A program made the translations under genes and the position numbers. The notes below the pieces were generated by a model. That model saw only the letters and a program-made list of their open reading frames with translations, was not told where the DNA came from and did no database searches. This document shows positions 27,955 to 42,900 of a DNA stretch of 64,000 nucleotides, piece after piece; position 1 is the first letter of the stretch, and every line of letters begins with the position of its first letter. This stretch comes from Eledone cirrhosa (Eukaryota), in the NCBI GenBank assembly GCA_964016885.1, contig OZ024741.1, positions 184,884,001 to 184,948,000 of the forward strand, given 5' to 3'.

Positions 27955-29219
27955 TTAATATTAAGATAGTAAGTTAGAATTGTGAATCTCAAACGAACTT
28001 CATATTTTATAGGCCACAAATGCTCAAGACATTGAAAAATAAAGACGAAAAATTAATACAGAGTGAGATTTAGTTCAACAAAGCGTAAATAGTAAATATA
28101 AAAATAAACATAAATCTAAACATAAAAAAGAAGATTTACAGAGAATTAAATCATCAAGAAAAACATAAGCGTAACCTAATACAAGAAATAACTAAGATCA
28201 CCACACCAAGGGAAAAATGAATATTTATAGACCTTATATGTCTTGAAGAAAAGTACATTGTTCAAGAATGTGACAAGCACTTTAACAAGAAATTAAGGTG
28301 GCTCAAACTGATGAAACTAGACCAAGAAACTTTAGAGAATAGCGATAGATACCAATAGAAGATTGACGGTATAAACATGGCCGACATCTAACAGATGAAT
28401 TCAACAACAACAACACAAATATATACGGCAACACTACAGTCGACTCTGATGAATTATCGATATTACAGCTACCACCTAAATATGCCACATATAATAAGGT
28501 AAATATGAAAAATGCTTGTCAGAAATAGAAAAATCATTTACAAAATTACGTTGGAGCCTCAAAAATAAGAAAAAAAGTAACAACATACGCAGACGCACAC
28601 ACACACATACAGCACATAGACACAAACAACAATAATAACACACACAACAATAATAACATACACGGAGACAACAACAACAACACACATCAACAACAGCACA
28701 CATCAACAACAACAACAATACATACACATTCTATGCCTCTCACCACCACCACAATTTTAACAAACACACAGACACAGAAAACAGGTAATGACAGTAACAC
28801 AGAAGTAAGGGAAGGTAATGGGATTGAAAGAAGCAAGGAGACTATCGATACTGACAGAGAAAATAACCAGGACGAACACACAAAATAGAGTAGATAATAA
28901 CAATGAGCCAGAGGAAAGAGACATGAGTAATAATGAGAGACATAGAAACAACCATGAGACTGTTGCTGGAAATAGAAATCGAAACAACACAAGTGACAAT
29001 AACAATAGCAATAGTACACATAAAGCAGCAGCCTGGAACTCTACTTTTTATAATCTTTCCCATATGTCCTTCGACCTACGACGAGTCCACGCCACGATTT
29101 TAGCTTTTAACAAACGCACGCAATTGCCGTCGCAGGTCGATGAACAAACAGAAGCACAATTTAGTATAGCTAGATCTAAACTTATAAATATTATAGAACA
29201 CATAGAACAAACAACCAAC

Positions 29220-29560
29220 CAATAACATGTAAATAAACTAATAAATAAACAAATATAAACACACACAGACACCCGGATGTAAAACATGCGCAAACTAAGC
29301 ACACAACACCCACAAAAACAAGATGGCGTAGGACAGAACAAAGGAGAGGCACAAAAACAAAGAAAATAATCCCCATTCACTGAAGAGGTCACAGAATGTG
29401 TGACGAAAGAACTTTGACAATATATGAACAACCGTCCGGTTGTGGAACCAACCAACCAACCAACCGGAAATTTATAAATTTAATTTATAATAAATTGGAG
29501 TAAAAGCAACTGTTGCGTGTGTTTCTTATTGGCAACATGACCCTCCCAAAACATAACAAT
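29220..29560 (+). mobile_element. PLE pLTR-like segment with hammerhead (29377-29418)
   Basis: tca-CTGAAGA-g-GTCAC-agaatgt-GTGAC-GAAA-gaactt-tga; terminal motif 'ttggcaacatgaccctcccaaa' also at 2818, 19359-19450. Confidence 0.65.
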
Positions 29561-30011
29561 AAAAATAATAATTGTAATGAAAAACAATTAAAAAGTTTTC
29601 TTAGAAACGTTTCCCAATAGTGAACGCCACCTTAGGGTAATTCCAAGGAAAACTCCACATCAAAGCACAGAATACTCTATTGCATTAAGGACATTGAAAA
29701 TACTCACTCAAGCACTCACTCACTAATATACTCACTCATTCATACACACACTCACTCACTAACTCTCTCCTTTACAGTTACACACACAGTTAGTTACTCT
29801 CTCGAACACTTTCACTCACCCACTCTCTATGTGTATATTTAGATATAAATGTTCAAATATAATCATTACAACATATACAATTTTAATGACAAATATAATA
29901 AAATATATTTACACACAAGCGCACACCAGCATATATTGTCACACACATCTAAACACACAATAAATATAATATATATGTGTATGTGTGCGAGGCATTGCCT
30001 GGATGGTTTAG

Positions 30012-30087
<76 letters not shown>

Positions 30088-30347
30088 TATAAAGTCCGTA
30101 TACAGACGTATGTGCGTATGCGGAATTTATATGTGTATGTAGGTGTATATATTACACAATCTATACTAAACGCTTTGAAAGGATTTCTCTTTAAAACTTC
30201 CATTAGCGCCAATAATATATTTTAATGTGGGAAAGTAAATCTGTTGTTATGTCTGTAATAAATTCATATATACACCATCATAGACACACATAAACACTCA
30301 CATACACACATATACACACACGCACGCACACACACACACTCATGCAT

Positions 30348-30509
<162 letters not shown>

Positions 30510-31129
30510 GCTGTACATTGACTTATACGTATTATACGTAAGCCTGTTTATAATTCAACACATCTGAGTAAATAATGAAGTCTTCCTAAATTTTGACATC
30601 TGGTGACTGGCAGTCTGTTACAGTAATTATGAAATCCATATCAACACTTGACCATATGTTCGCTTTTTACAAATCGTCATATATTGTTCCTTATAATCTA
30701 TTAGGTTTTTGTCTTTGTTTTCTTACATTGCTATTTGTATTGTTGTACTTTTTGCTGTTGTTGTTTTTGTTGTTGTGCATGTGTTTATTTTATTTATTTT
30801 GAAATTAGTTAAGATTTGTTTTCCATTGTATAATCTCCATTCTATCTTGAAACCTTGAAAACAAATTTGGATTTAATCTTGAAAGCTTGGAAGTCAAAAA
30901 ATATATGACAAATCTAAGAAACGAACATTCTGAGAGAAACGGTGGTTGTTAGATTTTCTTTGATTGTTATCCTTGTTGTTTTTGTTGATTTTGTTTTTCT
31001 TGTCATTTAAAGATTATTACAGATTCGAGACTGGCAACTATATTTGACTAGTCCTGAGAAAGATGGAGGTATGGAGTAGAATAAAGACGTCTTTGAGGCT
31101 CATAACTCGTATTTGGCTAACTACAGGCC

Positions 31130-31410
31130 TTCATCATCGCCTCAGCCGAAATGGACTCAACAATTGATCTCCACGCCAGTCTGTCGTTCATTGCCGTTGC
31201 CAAGTCCTGAATTTCAATATCAGAATCTCTGGAGATGACATCGGGGTAGGAGAGTTTGCGCCCCCTGTTATTAGATAGTGCTTGTTGTTTCCAACGCACT
31301 CGTGGGGACACAGCCTCGTAGGTGGCACGATGGCAGTGGCCAGCAAATCTTACTCTCCTCTTATGTACAACGACACATATGTGTGGGAAGCAGTCACATA
31401 TATCTCTCAA
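31130..31410 (-). pseudogene. 3' end of an RTE/RTE-X LINE ORF
   Basis: RRVRFAGHCHR...RGRKLSYPDVISRD...LATAMNDRLAWRSIV is a typical RTE C-terminus. Confidence 0.8.
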
Positions 31411-32172
31411 AGGCAGATGTCGCCAGCTTATGTTCTGAATGCGTTGAAGCAGGCGAGTTGAAGTGCTATCAAGATGCTTTTATTGCTTGGAACACCTGTC
31501 TAGTTACGGCCCTTTACACTCGTCCTTATTCTCATCGTCATTTTCATAGTAGTAGTAGTAGAAGTAGTAGTAGTTGTAGTAGTAGTAGTAGTAGTAGTAG
31601 CAGTAGCAGCAGCAGCAGCAGCAGCAGCAATTTCTGTTGTTTTTATTATTGTTTAGCCGCTCGATAAATACGAATTCACAAGAACAATGCACGCCGAACA
31701 GTGTTTCAACAGCGACCATAATGTCATTCTACCAGGTATAGTATATATCGGGAATTACTATCTCCAAAGTGTCCTTTTCTTTGTAAAATTGCACGGTAGA
31801 AAGTGCTGGAGTAGATGTCATATAATGCAAATTTCCTTATAGTTACCGAAAATAATTTCATTCATTAGAATTCGAAATATTTCAGCTCTCATGTTAATAT
31901 TAACTAGAGGAAGAAACCAATCTTAAAACCATCATCCGTTACAAAGTTACGCTCTCTTAAAACTTATTTAAGACGGAGGTGAAACAGCAATTTGACATCA
32001 TTAGTTAGAACTCGCGCAACATTTGTCCTGGAGGTCGATCCAACGATTGAAACGGTATGAAACGAGTCATAGAAGAAAAGGAATATCTATAATAATTTAA
32101 TAAGGATATTAACCGACTATACGTAATGTGTTGCCTTACATAGTACGTGAAAACAGGCCTAAATTACGATGC

Positions 32173-32261
<89 letters not shown>

Positions 32262-32506
32262 ATATATATATATATATATATATATACGAAACAGCTCTCA
32301 TTTATCGTCCCTTCTAAGTGATGGGCATTTTATATATTATATAGATAGATTTGATTTTATGCGTCATGGCGCGCATGGTGTACACGCATTCTGCCCTTAG
32401 ATTTTTTCAGTAATTTCATCTTCATATAAATGAATATATTTTGCTTATGTGTCATTTATTTGCAGACATATACGTACAAATATATACGTACAAATTACAC
32501 ACACAG

Positions 32507-32540
<34 letters not shown>

Positions 32541-32666
32541 GAAAAAGTATGACCCCGACGGCAGAGCTCAAGCCGTTTCGACAGTTATTTCTGGACTAAA
32601 TTCTAATTTAGTCCAGAAATAACCGTCGAAACGGCTTGAGCTCTGCCGTCGGGGTCATACTTTTTC
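32541..32666. repeat. 126-bp near-perfect palindrome next to (TA)n
   Basis: GAAAAAGTATGACCCCGACGG...AAATT-ct-AATTT...CCGTCGGGGTCATACTTTTTC with about 1 mismatch. Confidence 0.95.
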
Positions 32667-32744
32667 CTATTTCCCACTCTACTACCCTAAGTATTGAGTA
32701 CTCTGGTGTGTTATGGTCCATCTGGTTCCTTACCACAATTCCTT

Positions 32745-32796
<52 letters not shown>

Positions 32797-33464
32797 AATA
32801 CAATGAAACGAAATTTCATTTCTCACTCTTAGTGCGGCACTTACTTAAATGTAAGTATGTATGTATACATACATACATATATGTATATAGACGTACAGTA
32901 GTATGTATATATATACATACATGCACACACATATATATATATATGCACCTATCGGTTTACCGAACATTTATTATAATGCTCGGTTTGTTTGTTTGTAAAC
33001 AAACAAACAGCCCGATTTACGCCGTACAGTGTTTAGGCAACCACATCACCTTTTTGTTCAACACTGACACAGGAACCATGTACTAGTTTCAAGCTTATTA
33101 GCTATCGTCAGCATCGCACACCTTTCTGCCAGATGGTTGAACGTCTGAAAGCACATACTTTCCTTATGCATATTAACGGCTGGGCAGCCCAATTTGCATA
33201 TCGAGTGAGTTCAGTCGGCCGGGCACACCGAAAACGATAAATGGAATAGAATGAAACGAAATTTCATTTCTCACTCTCAGTACGGCACTTACTTAAATGT
33301 AAGTATTTATGTTGTATACGTACATACATATATGTATACAGACGTACAAACCGAGCATTATAATAAATGTTCGGTAAACCGATACGTGCATATATATGTG
33401 TGTATGTATACATATATACATACTACTGTACGTCTGTACACATATATGTACGTATACATACATA

Positions 33465-33519
<55 letters not shown>

Positions 33520-33581
33520 GTACGTATATTTATGTATATATATATATATATGTATATATATATGTATATATATATATGTAT

Positions 33582-33701
<120 letters not shown>

Positions 33702-34994
33702 GTAGATGACTGTCTGTGTGTGTGTATGATTTTTATGCATTTCCACATTTCTCGACCGACTTTGATGATTTTTTTCCAATGTGCTCCAAATTTACCAGGG
33801 CAGGTCAACGCCTAATTATTTTTGCCAAACGTTTCCTGCTTCTATGAAAAAGAATCGATAAAACTAAATACATGTTGTAACCCTCTCTCTTACACGCTTC
33901 ATTCCTCTCACTAATACCATCACAAATATTTGAAACTACATACATGTTGCAACTCTCTTTAAAAGGTTCATCCTTTCCTCTACTCCACTCTCAATCTCCT
34001 CTGCAACTCTCTTTAAAAGGTTCATCACTCTCTCTACTCCCCCCCCCCTCAATCTTCTCTGCAACTCTCTTTAAAAGGTTACTGCCTCCGTCTACTACTC
34101 TATCACAATTTAGAACAACGACAAAACTTCTTTTGAAGGATTGCGACACAAACTTTGAAACCTGAGCAACAACCATAGCTTTACTCTCTCCGTCGCTCTT
34201 CCCTCTCTCTACAATAGATTATTCCCCCTCTCTATAATTTAACTGCTTTACTCTCTTCATGCTTCGAGGTTTAACACTAGCTTCACTCTTTCCGTCGCTC
34301 TTCTCTCTATATATAATAGATCATTCCCCTATTCGTTCGGGAACGCGAAAAAAGCTTTGATAACTAACAACACATCATTTTATACAACAAACAGTCATAA
34401 CGACGTACTTTCAAGCTTATTAGCTATCGTTTCATTCTATTCCATTTATCGTTTTCGGTGTGCCCGGCCGACTGAACTCACTCGATATGCAAATTGGGCT
34501 GCCCAGCCGTTAATATGCATAAGGAAAGTATGTGCTTTCAGACGTTCAACCATCTGGCAGAAAGGTGTGCGATGCTGACGATAGCTAATAAGCTTGAAAG
34601 TACGTCGTTATGACTGTTTGTTGTATAAAATGATGTGTTGTTAGTTATCAAAGTTTTTTTCGCGTTCCCGAACGAATAGGGGGAATGATCTATTATATAT
34701 AGAGAGAAGAGCGACGGAAAGAGTGAAGCTAGTGTTAACTACTCTTCACTCCCTATATGACAACAGTGCAGAGAGAGAAACATTGTATATGATCAAATAG
34801 AGCATTCCGTATATTCCCCCTCTCTATAATTTAACTGCTTTACTCTCTCTGTCGCTCTTCACTCCCTATATGACAACACTGCAGTGGAGCGTTCCGTATT
34901 GACATACGGCTTATCTGAGGCATTTTCAATCGGATTATTGCAAATAACAACCCGCAAAATAACACTTCATATAACAGATTAATGCTATAGACAT

Positions 34995-35590
34995 ATGAAT
35001 CGGAATGTAACCCGTGAACTTTTTCCTGGGCAAAATTATTCGAACAGACATGACCTCATTGCCAGAGTGTTCAGACTGAAACTGGCTAAACTCATGGCTT
35101 TAATAAAAAAAGGTCAGGCATTTGGAGCTGTAAAATGTGACATGTTCACCGTCGAATGGCAAAAACGAGGGCTGCCACATGCTCACACTTTGATTTGGTT
35201 AGCTGATAAAATCAATTCAAATGCCATAGACAGCTTCATTTCGGCTGAAATCCCTAACCCAGCAACTGACCAATAATTACATGACATCGCCAAAGGTAAC
35301 ATGATTCATGGTCCGTGTGCGTCGGGTCCTAATGAGCATCACACGTGTCTCAAAGGGGGAGGGGGGTCGTTCAATAAGGGAACCCCCAAAAATGTGTTGA
35401 CCAGACTCAGACTGGTGGCGGCGGGTACCCCCTGTACAGGCAGAGACAGCCCGAGAACGGTGGCTTCACCACAACAGAAAGGGGAGGTCAAGTCGACAAT
35501 AGATGGGTGGTCCCTTACTGCCCGCTTCTCTTGAAGATGTTCAACGCCGACATCAACGTTGAGTTTTGCAACTCCGTCAAGTCGATAAAA
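34995..35590 (+). pseudogene. Helitron Rep (HUH endonuclease) fragment
   Basis: RHDLIARVF..KL..L, VEWQKRGLPHAHTLIWL, IDSFISAEIP, MIHGPC, INVEFCNSVKSIK. Confidence 0.92.
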
Positions 35591-35591
35591 T

Positions 35592-36032
35592 CCAGGGCTC
35601 CCACCTCACATTCTTAAGCTTAGGGTTGGCTGTCCCATTATGCTAATAAGGAACTTGCGTCCACCAAAGCAGTGCAACGCTACCCGCATGGTCGTCAAGT
35701 CACTGACGCCCCATTTGATTGAGGCCACCATTGTAATGGGGTGCAGGAGAGGGGAGAATGTTTTCTTTCCAAGGATGAACCTTTTCCCCTCGGCGTCAGA
35801 TATCCCGTTCGAGTTCCGGCCATCCCAATTTCTGGTGAGACCATGTTTTGCCATGTCCATTAACAAGTCACAAGGGCAAACATTGTCTGTGGCGGGTATC
35901 CATTTGGGGGAGCCATGCTTCTCCCATGGTCAAATTTATGTTGCCTGTTCCCACGTAGGGAGCAGGGATGGACATTTTGCTTACACTCCTCAAGGGATGA
36001 CACGCAATATCGTCTACAAAGAGGTGCTATAG
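35592..36032 (+). pseudogene. Helitron PIF1-family helicase C-terminal fragment
   Basis: PGLPPHILKLRVGCPIMLIRNL..CNATR, QFLVRPCFAMSINKSQGQTL, CFSHGQIYVACS, TRNIVYKEVL. Confidence 0.92.
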
Positions 36033-36350
36033 ATGTTGGTGCAGGTGTTGGAGGTGTTGGAGCTAAGCCATCTGGAAAACTGGTAGGGTCACCCATAGCG
36101 CACAGATCTGACACCCAGCGGCATCAGGGCCACCATCTTGCAGCTTTGGTCTACTAAATTCGCTATTAGAAGATTATTAACCCATCATTGATTGTCCAAA
36201 ATGCTAATTGGTTCGTAACTATTAATAACCGGTTCAACTGCTTTATGCACTTAATTGATAAGCTTATTCGCTTTCAAGCTACGTTTACCTCTTTGTAACT
36301 TTTCATAGCAAATGAACAAACCCGAGCAACTGCTAAACTGCTAGTATATA

Positions 36351-36450
<100 letters not shown>

Positions 36451-36476
36451 AATAGAGGTGTAACACACGAGTTATG

Positions 36477-37130
36477 ATATATTGGTAAACGGAAAAGAAA
36501 ATGTTGACAAATTGTTCCCAGTGAAAAATAGTTTAATTAGGAATAAGTAAAAATTAGTAATAGTATTGGTTAGTATTCACTTTTGGTTTTAAGTTTTACC
36601 GGTTGTGCATTTCTAATGCTTTTCAAAAATAATTTTGAGATAGAGCGCCCGTGATGTTTGCTCTAATCTGATTAGTTTTGGAAATTCTACCTGTTTTATG
36701 TGAAAAAAATGGCTCCAGATGTATTAAAATAAGTTTCGCGCCAATTCGTGTTGCAAAAATTCTTGTGGTCAAAACAATTTTGATTGGTCGGTAGAGGTCA
36801 TGTGAATGTTAAAAATTGATTTTCCGCCAAATGTAGGTTTGTGTCGGCTGATTGAAAAGTCACTGAAAAATAAGTCTTTTAAAACAAATATGTGTGTGTG
36901 TGTGTAGTAGTAGTAGTAGTAAAGAGGTTCGTTGTTGTGATAATGGTCAGCAGGGATGTGTGTGCGAACCGCAGCCTGTTGACAGTTCAAATGCCTATTA
37001 AAACAAGTGTGTGTGTGTGTGTAGCAGATAATTCGTGGTAGAGGGATGGTCAGTAGGAATGTGTCTGTACGTGTGTGGGGGATATTTTAACATGTTAAAA
37101 GATATTTTTCAGCTCTTGTCTTATACGGAA

Positions 37131-37205
<75 letters not shown>

Positions 37206-40105
37206 TCTTTTTATGTTAATGTACGCGTGTGTATGTGTGTGTGTATATATGTGTGTGTATATATATATGTGTGTGTGTGTGAGAATGTGTTTGTGTGGGT
37301 GGACCAGTATTTTGTGATACTGGTAAAAATGGTGTACATTATTCGATATTTTCAGTAAAAACGATTCTCTCAATAGAACATCAAAAACCTTAATAATAAA
37401 AGGTGTGAAATGATATATAGTATTGGCATAATACCAATGTGCGTTTGAGTGTCCAGATTGTACGTACTGCAAGGGGAATCCATTAGGCCTTGCCTAAAAT
37501 GGATGATAAAAGGAGTACAGTAGTCCTAATGGAGACAGAATTCTATATCAACTTAGCGCTCTCCACTTTGGAAAACGAAACATACTACGAAAAGGCTGAA
37601 CACTACAATCAACAGAAAAGTATGAGAAATCTAAAAGCTCTGATCAACCAATACAAAGAAGGACTCACTAACAAGGAATTCAGCTTCATCACAGACTTCA
37701 CAAGTAAATCCAGCCTTTTCTACAGTATCCCTAAAGTACATAAAAGCGAATTAATAAGTAAGGCATGCAAGGAAGCCACAGACATAGTCATCAATGACTC
37801 CTCACCCAATGATCTCAAATTAAGACCTATAATAGCAGGCCCCGCTTGCGAAACCCACCGCCTTAGCAACTTCATTGATACCCTTCTCAAGCCTTTTCTC
37901 AACACATCAAAAGCTATATAAGGGACGACCTAGATATGCTCAATCACCTCCCTAATATGCTCCTTTCTGAACAAACCCTACTAGTGACGTTCGATGTAGT
38001 CAACCTATACTCCAACATCCCCCACAACCTAGGAATAGAAGCTATCCAATTCTGGCTGGATAATTACCACAATGAACTCCTACAACGCATCAAAAAAGAA
38101 TTCGTGATAGAGGGACTCAAATTTATCTTGGAGAACAATTACTTCGTTTTCAATAACAAACCCTACAGGCAGAAATCTGGGACCGCTATGGGAACGAAAA
38201 CAGCCCCCACTTATGCCAACCTAGTCATGGGATACCTGGAAATCACCATCTACACTAAAGTCCTAAACAAATTTGGAAACACTCTCCACTTACACATATA
38301 AAGGAACTGGAAGCGATATCTAGATGACTACCTCATCCTTTGGCACGAAAACATCGAGAAATTTAAATAATTTCACACCCTTATAAATGGGTTCAACACG
38401 AATATTAACTTCACGATGGAATACAGCCATCAACAACTCCCCTTCCTCGACATCCTCATTAAGATCCATAACAAAAAAAAAGAAGCAGACATATACTACA
38501 AGCCCACAGACTCCAAGCAATATCTTCCTTTCAACTCTTGCCACCCTAGACACGTTAAAATTAATATTCCCTACAACTTAGCCAAGAGAATCTGTACTAT
38601 AGTCTCCAATAAAAACACCTGCTACTTACGGCTACAATAACTAAAGGACACACTCATAGGCAGGGACTACCCTGCATCACTAATTGACAATGGAATCCAA
38701 CGTGCCCTAAAACTCAGTACCCAGGACCTTAGACACCCTAAAGTAAATCAACCGAAACTAAAAGCTCTTCCATACATCTCCTCACACAACCCCTCAACAA
38801 TGAGGCCTTTGACACCATCCTCTAGATCATCCCTGTATTGAAAAAGGACCATAGAATGAACTAAATCCTACGAACACACGATATCATAAACAGAAAAAGA
38901 CAATATAAGTCAATGAAAAACATCCTAACACATGCCAAAGTACTGCCAACCACAACAACGAAACCCACAGTAAAAAAATGCGATAGACCCAACTGTGGCA
39001 TATGCATCAACCTAATAGAGGATTCGGAATTCTATTTCAAAGAAGGACAACGTTTTATAGTAAAACACAATTTCACATGCGCATCAAAAAATCTAATATA
39101 TGTATTAACTTGCTCAGGTTGTCGAGAACAATACATAGGCCAGACCAAAAACAGCCTCCGCCAACGCATGACTTCCATAGATCCCAAATTAAAATACGGG
39201 AATACAGGAAAATACCACTGAGTGAACACATTGATACCTGTGCCGCCCAAAATCATCCCAACTTCAGAATCTTTCCCCTCTACAAATTTAAAGATAATGC
39301 CACCCACACCCAGCGCATCAGCAAGGAATCTCACTTTATTAACAAATACGGACCCCGTCTAAATACTTCTCCCTAAGATGAACCCACAACATACACACGT
39401 CAACATATATACCTACATCAGCATACATCTCTATCCACATATAAACACAATGACATACGTAAACACACATGTTCTATGGTGCAACACAAATATACACAAA
39501 TTTGCATACCTTTTGATGTCTATAGATTTAAACGTGCCGACACACACACATACATAAACGCACACATGCATTGCACACTGATGGTCACATACATATGTGT
39601 ACACAAGTATTCCAATGCGGCAAGGCCTAATGGATTCCCCTTGCAGTACGTACAATCTGGACACACACACACACCTTGGTATTATGCCAATACTATATAT
39701 CATTTCACACCTTTTATTATTAAGGTTTTTGATGTTCTATTGAGAGAATCGTTTTTACTGAAAATATCGAATAATGTACACCATTTTTCCCAGTATCACA
39801 AAAATACTGGCCCACCCACACACACACACACATATTCTCTCACACACACACACACTCACACACACACACACACAAATTCTCTCACACACACACACACACA
39901 TATATACACACACACATACACACGCGTACATTAACATAAAAAGAGACATACACGCACACACATACACACACACACACTTCTCCGTATAAGACAAGAGCTG
40001 AAAAATATCTTTTAACATGTTAAAATATCCCCCACACACGTACAGACACATTCCTACTGACCATCCCTCTACCACGAATTACTCTGCTATACACACACAC
40101 ACACA

Positions 40106-40175
<70 letters not shown>

Positions 40176-40705
40176 ACACACACACTTGTCTTAATAGGCA
40201 TTTGAACTGTCAACAGGCTGCGGTTCGCACACACATCCCTGCTGACCATTATCACAGCAACGAACCTCTTTACTACTACTACACACACACACATATTTGT
40301 TTTGAAAGACTTATTTTTCAGTGACTTCTCAATCAGTCGACACAAAGCTACATTTGCCGAAAAATCAATTTTTAACATTCACATGACCTCTACCGACCAA
40401 TCAAAATTATTTTGACCACAATAATTTTTGCAACACGAATTGGCGCGACACTTATTTTAATACATCTGGAGCAATTTTTTTCACATAAAACAGGTAGAAT
40501 TTCCAAAACTAATCAGATTAGAGCAAACATCACGGGCGCTCTATCTCAAAATTATTTTTGAAAAGCATTAGAAATGCGCAACCGGTAACACTTAAGACCA
40601 AAACTGAATACTAAGCAATACTATTACTAATTTTTACTTATTCCTAATTAAACTATTTTACACTGGGAACAATTTGTCAGCATTTTCTTTTCTGTTTACC
40701 AATAT
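36477..40705 (+). mobile_element. Penelope-like element with ~1-kb inverted terminal repeats (36477-37494 / 39619-40705)
   Basis: Arms are reverse complements with a few percent mismatch; the interior encodes RT and GIY-YIG; (TA)n on both flanks. Confidence 0.92.
37495..39376 (+). pseudogene. PLE RT plus GIY-YIG pseudogene, 5'-truncated at the DKG motif
   Basis: FYSIPKVHK, LRPII, LVTFDVVNLYSNIP, YRQKSGTAMGTKTAPTYANLVMG, WKRYLDD, LPFLDI, NLIYVLTCSGCREQYIGQT; stops and frameshifts. Confidence 0.92.
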
Positions 40706-40740
40706 ATATATATATATACATATATGTATCGTATATATAC

Positions 40741-40771
<31 letters not shown>

Positions 40772-41174
40772 GTAACTCACGCTTATGTTGAGGTTGTTGA
40801 TTTATATATGTAATTGTTTGTTATCCTGTTTCATGTAGTGATGAACCATACGTTTTTGGTTCACATCATGTTATCGCTCTCTTTTTCTTTTTTTTTCATG
40901 TTTCACATTCTTGCTGTGACGGTGGCTTGTTAACGTATAATTCTAGTTATTCATATTCCTTTCTCGATGAAATTGTACATGTCTTTCTTCAATCCTGCAC
41001 TGCTCATCATCGTTAGGAAACAGTAAAAACCCTTTTTACGACTAGTATGTATGTATATGTGTATGTATGTACGTAAGGATGTATGTATGTAAGTATGAAT
41101 GTATGTAAGTATGAATGTATGTATATATATATATGTCTGTCTCTGTGTGTGCACGTAAGTATGTATGTATATAC

Positions 41175-41208
<34 letters not shown>

Positions 41209-41355
41209 GAATATATATATATGTATGTATATATATGTTTATATATATGTGTGTGTGTCTGTATATATATATATGTATGTAAGTATGTATCCTGTCAAAT
41301 TTGACGTCTATACACACACATATATATATGTATATATATATATATACATACATAC

Positions 41356-41401
<46 letters not shown>

Positions 41402-42619
41402 TCGGTCTTACATTCATTTATCGTACATATATATATTCATGCATATGCGTATAATTGTATGAGGAACCTGATACGATACTTTCAAAATAGCTTTATCATT
41501 TATATATATATACAATATATATACAATAATGCTTCTCTCCTCTTTCTCTCCTACTTTCTCTTTCTCTCTCTCTCGCGCTCTCTCTATCTCTCTCTCTCTC
41601 TCTTTCTTTCTTTCTTCCTCACACGTTATCTATCTTTCTCTTATGCCAGAACAACCAGAAATATGGGTTTTAAACTTAATTATAGTTATTCAATTTCGAT
41701 AGTGGAGAGACCTTACTAGTTGCAAAAAGAAAGTTTTACTGCTTCTGATTAAATTAGCGTTCCAAAGGTTGCCACACTGAAGAAAAATGTCGTCTAGGAA
41801 TGTAAATGATAAAAGAAATATTCTTTTTTTAAATGGCCGAAAGATAATATTTTTCATTAATGGTAGCTACGTTGTTGGTAGTTTTGTTTCTCGTCGTGGC
41901 GATAGTGGACGTTCGGTTGGTTACACGTACATAGTGGCGTGATCGATTTTGACGGTGGCAGTTTTGGCAATGTAGATTCAAGTATTTGTCATCGCAAACT
42001 GTGGTGTTTGTAATGGATATAAACGTTCTCAAGCGAATATTCCATGTACAGTTTTTATGTTTCTCTCTCGTTCTTGCAGAGGAATTGTGTAATATAAAGA
42101 CATTTTTGGTGAGTAGTTGAGCCAAAAGATGATACACAGATATATGTAATTTTACCAAATTAAAAGTTTAAACCATAATCCCTATTCGAGATTTTCAGAA
42201 AGTGAATTTTTTTCATTTTTATACTCTTTTCTTTACTTACATTCTCCAGCATGTCCCTACATTTCTGTAGTCGTTAGACACCCTCAACCCACATGAGCAT
42301 AATGCGGTGATACTGATGCTTGCAGATACTCGTTGGTACTCCCCGCGATACAGAGTCTCCGCAGCATCTTTCTCAATGTTTATCTCTATTGCTGTTGGAA
42401 TTAAAGATGAGGGGATTTCATAGATTATGTACAGAGTTGAATTACAGTCTTTAAAATTGCTCCAAGATATTTGGTGAACACTAATTCATAGTTTCGATAT
42501 TCTATACGTAAGAAAGATTGGGTGTGACAACATTGATAACAATTTCATTTAAAGACTGCCACACTACTCCTACTGTGGTTCCGGTCCACAGCATGGAGAA
42601 GACATTGCTCTGGGGTACG

Positions 42620-42900
42620 GTGAAGGAAACGTGTTGGAGCAGTCACACCACCTCGCGGGGCTCTCGCATGCAGGCAGCCAACTGCACTTCGATATCACTG
42701 ATCATCAATATGGTCCGGGAGCCAAGAATGCCGGCAGTCTCCATTGCTACAGGCTCAACCACAAACCTAACAGAGAGCGGCCGATACTTTGACAGTTTGC
42801 CATCTTCACCCTGGCAGGCAGCAAAGCCTGAATTGGTAGCCGAACGCACAAGGTTGCTGGTAGAGAAGGTGTCACAACACATAGCATCCCAGATGAGCGG
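42620..42900 (-). pseudogene. CRE-clade non-LTR retrotransposon RLE-domain fragment
   Basis: WDAMCCDTFSTSNL..SA...GFAA...E..KLSKY..L...F...PVAMETAG..G. Confidence 0.75.

Noticed and set aside
28818-29225. 135-aa ORF upstream of a hammerhead-bearing segment
   Set aside because: Low-complexity A/C-rich N-terminal half and no motif I can assign; likely decayed element sequence.
41660-42180. Possible MITE with imperfect ~20-bp TIRs
   Set aside because: The match is AT-rich and gapped, with no TSD and no second copy in the window.
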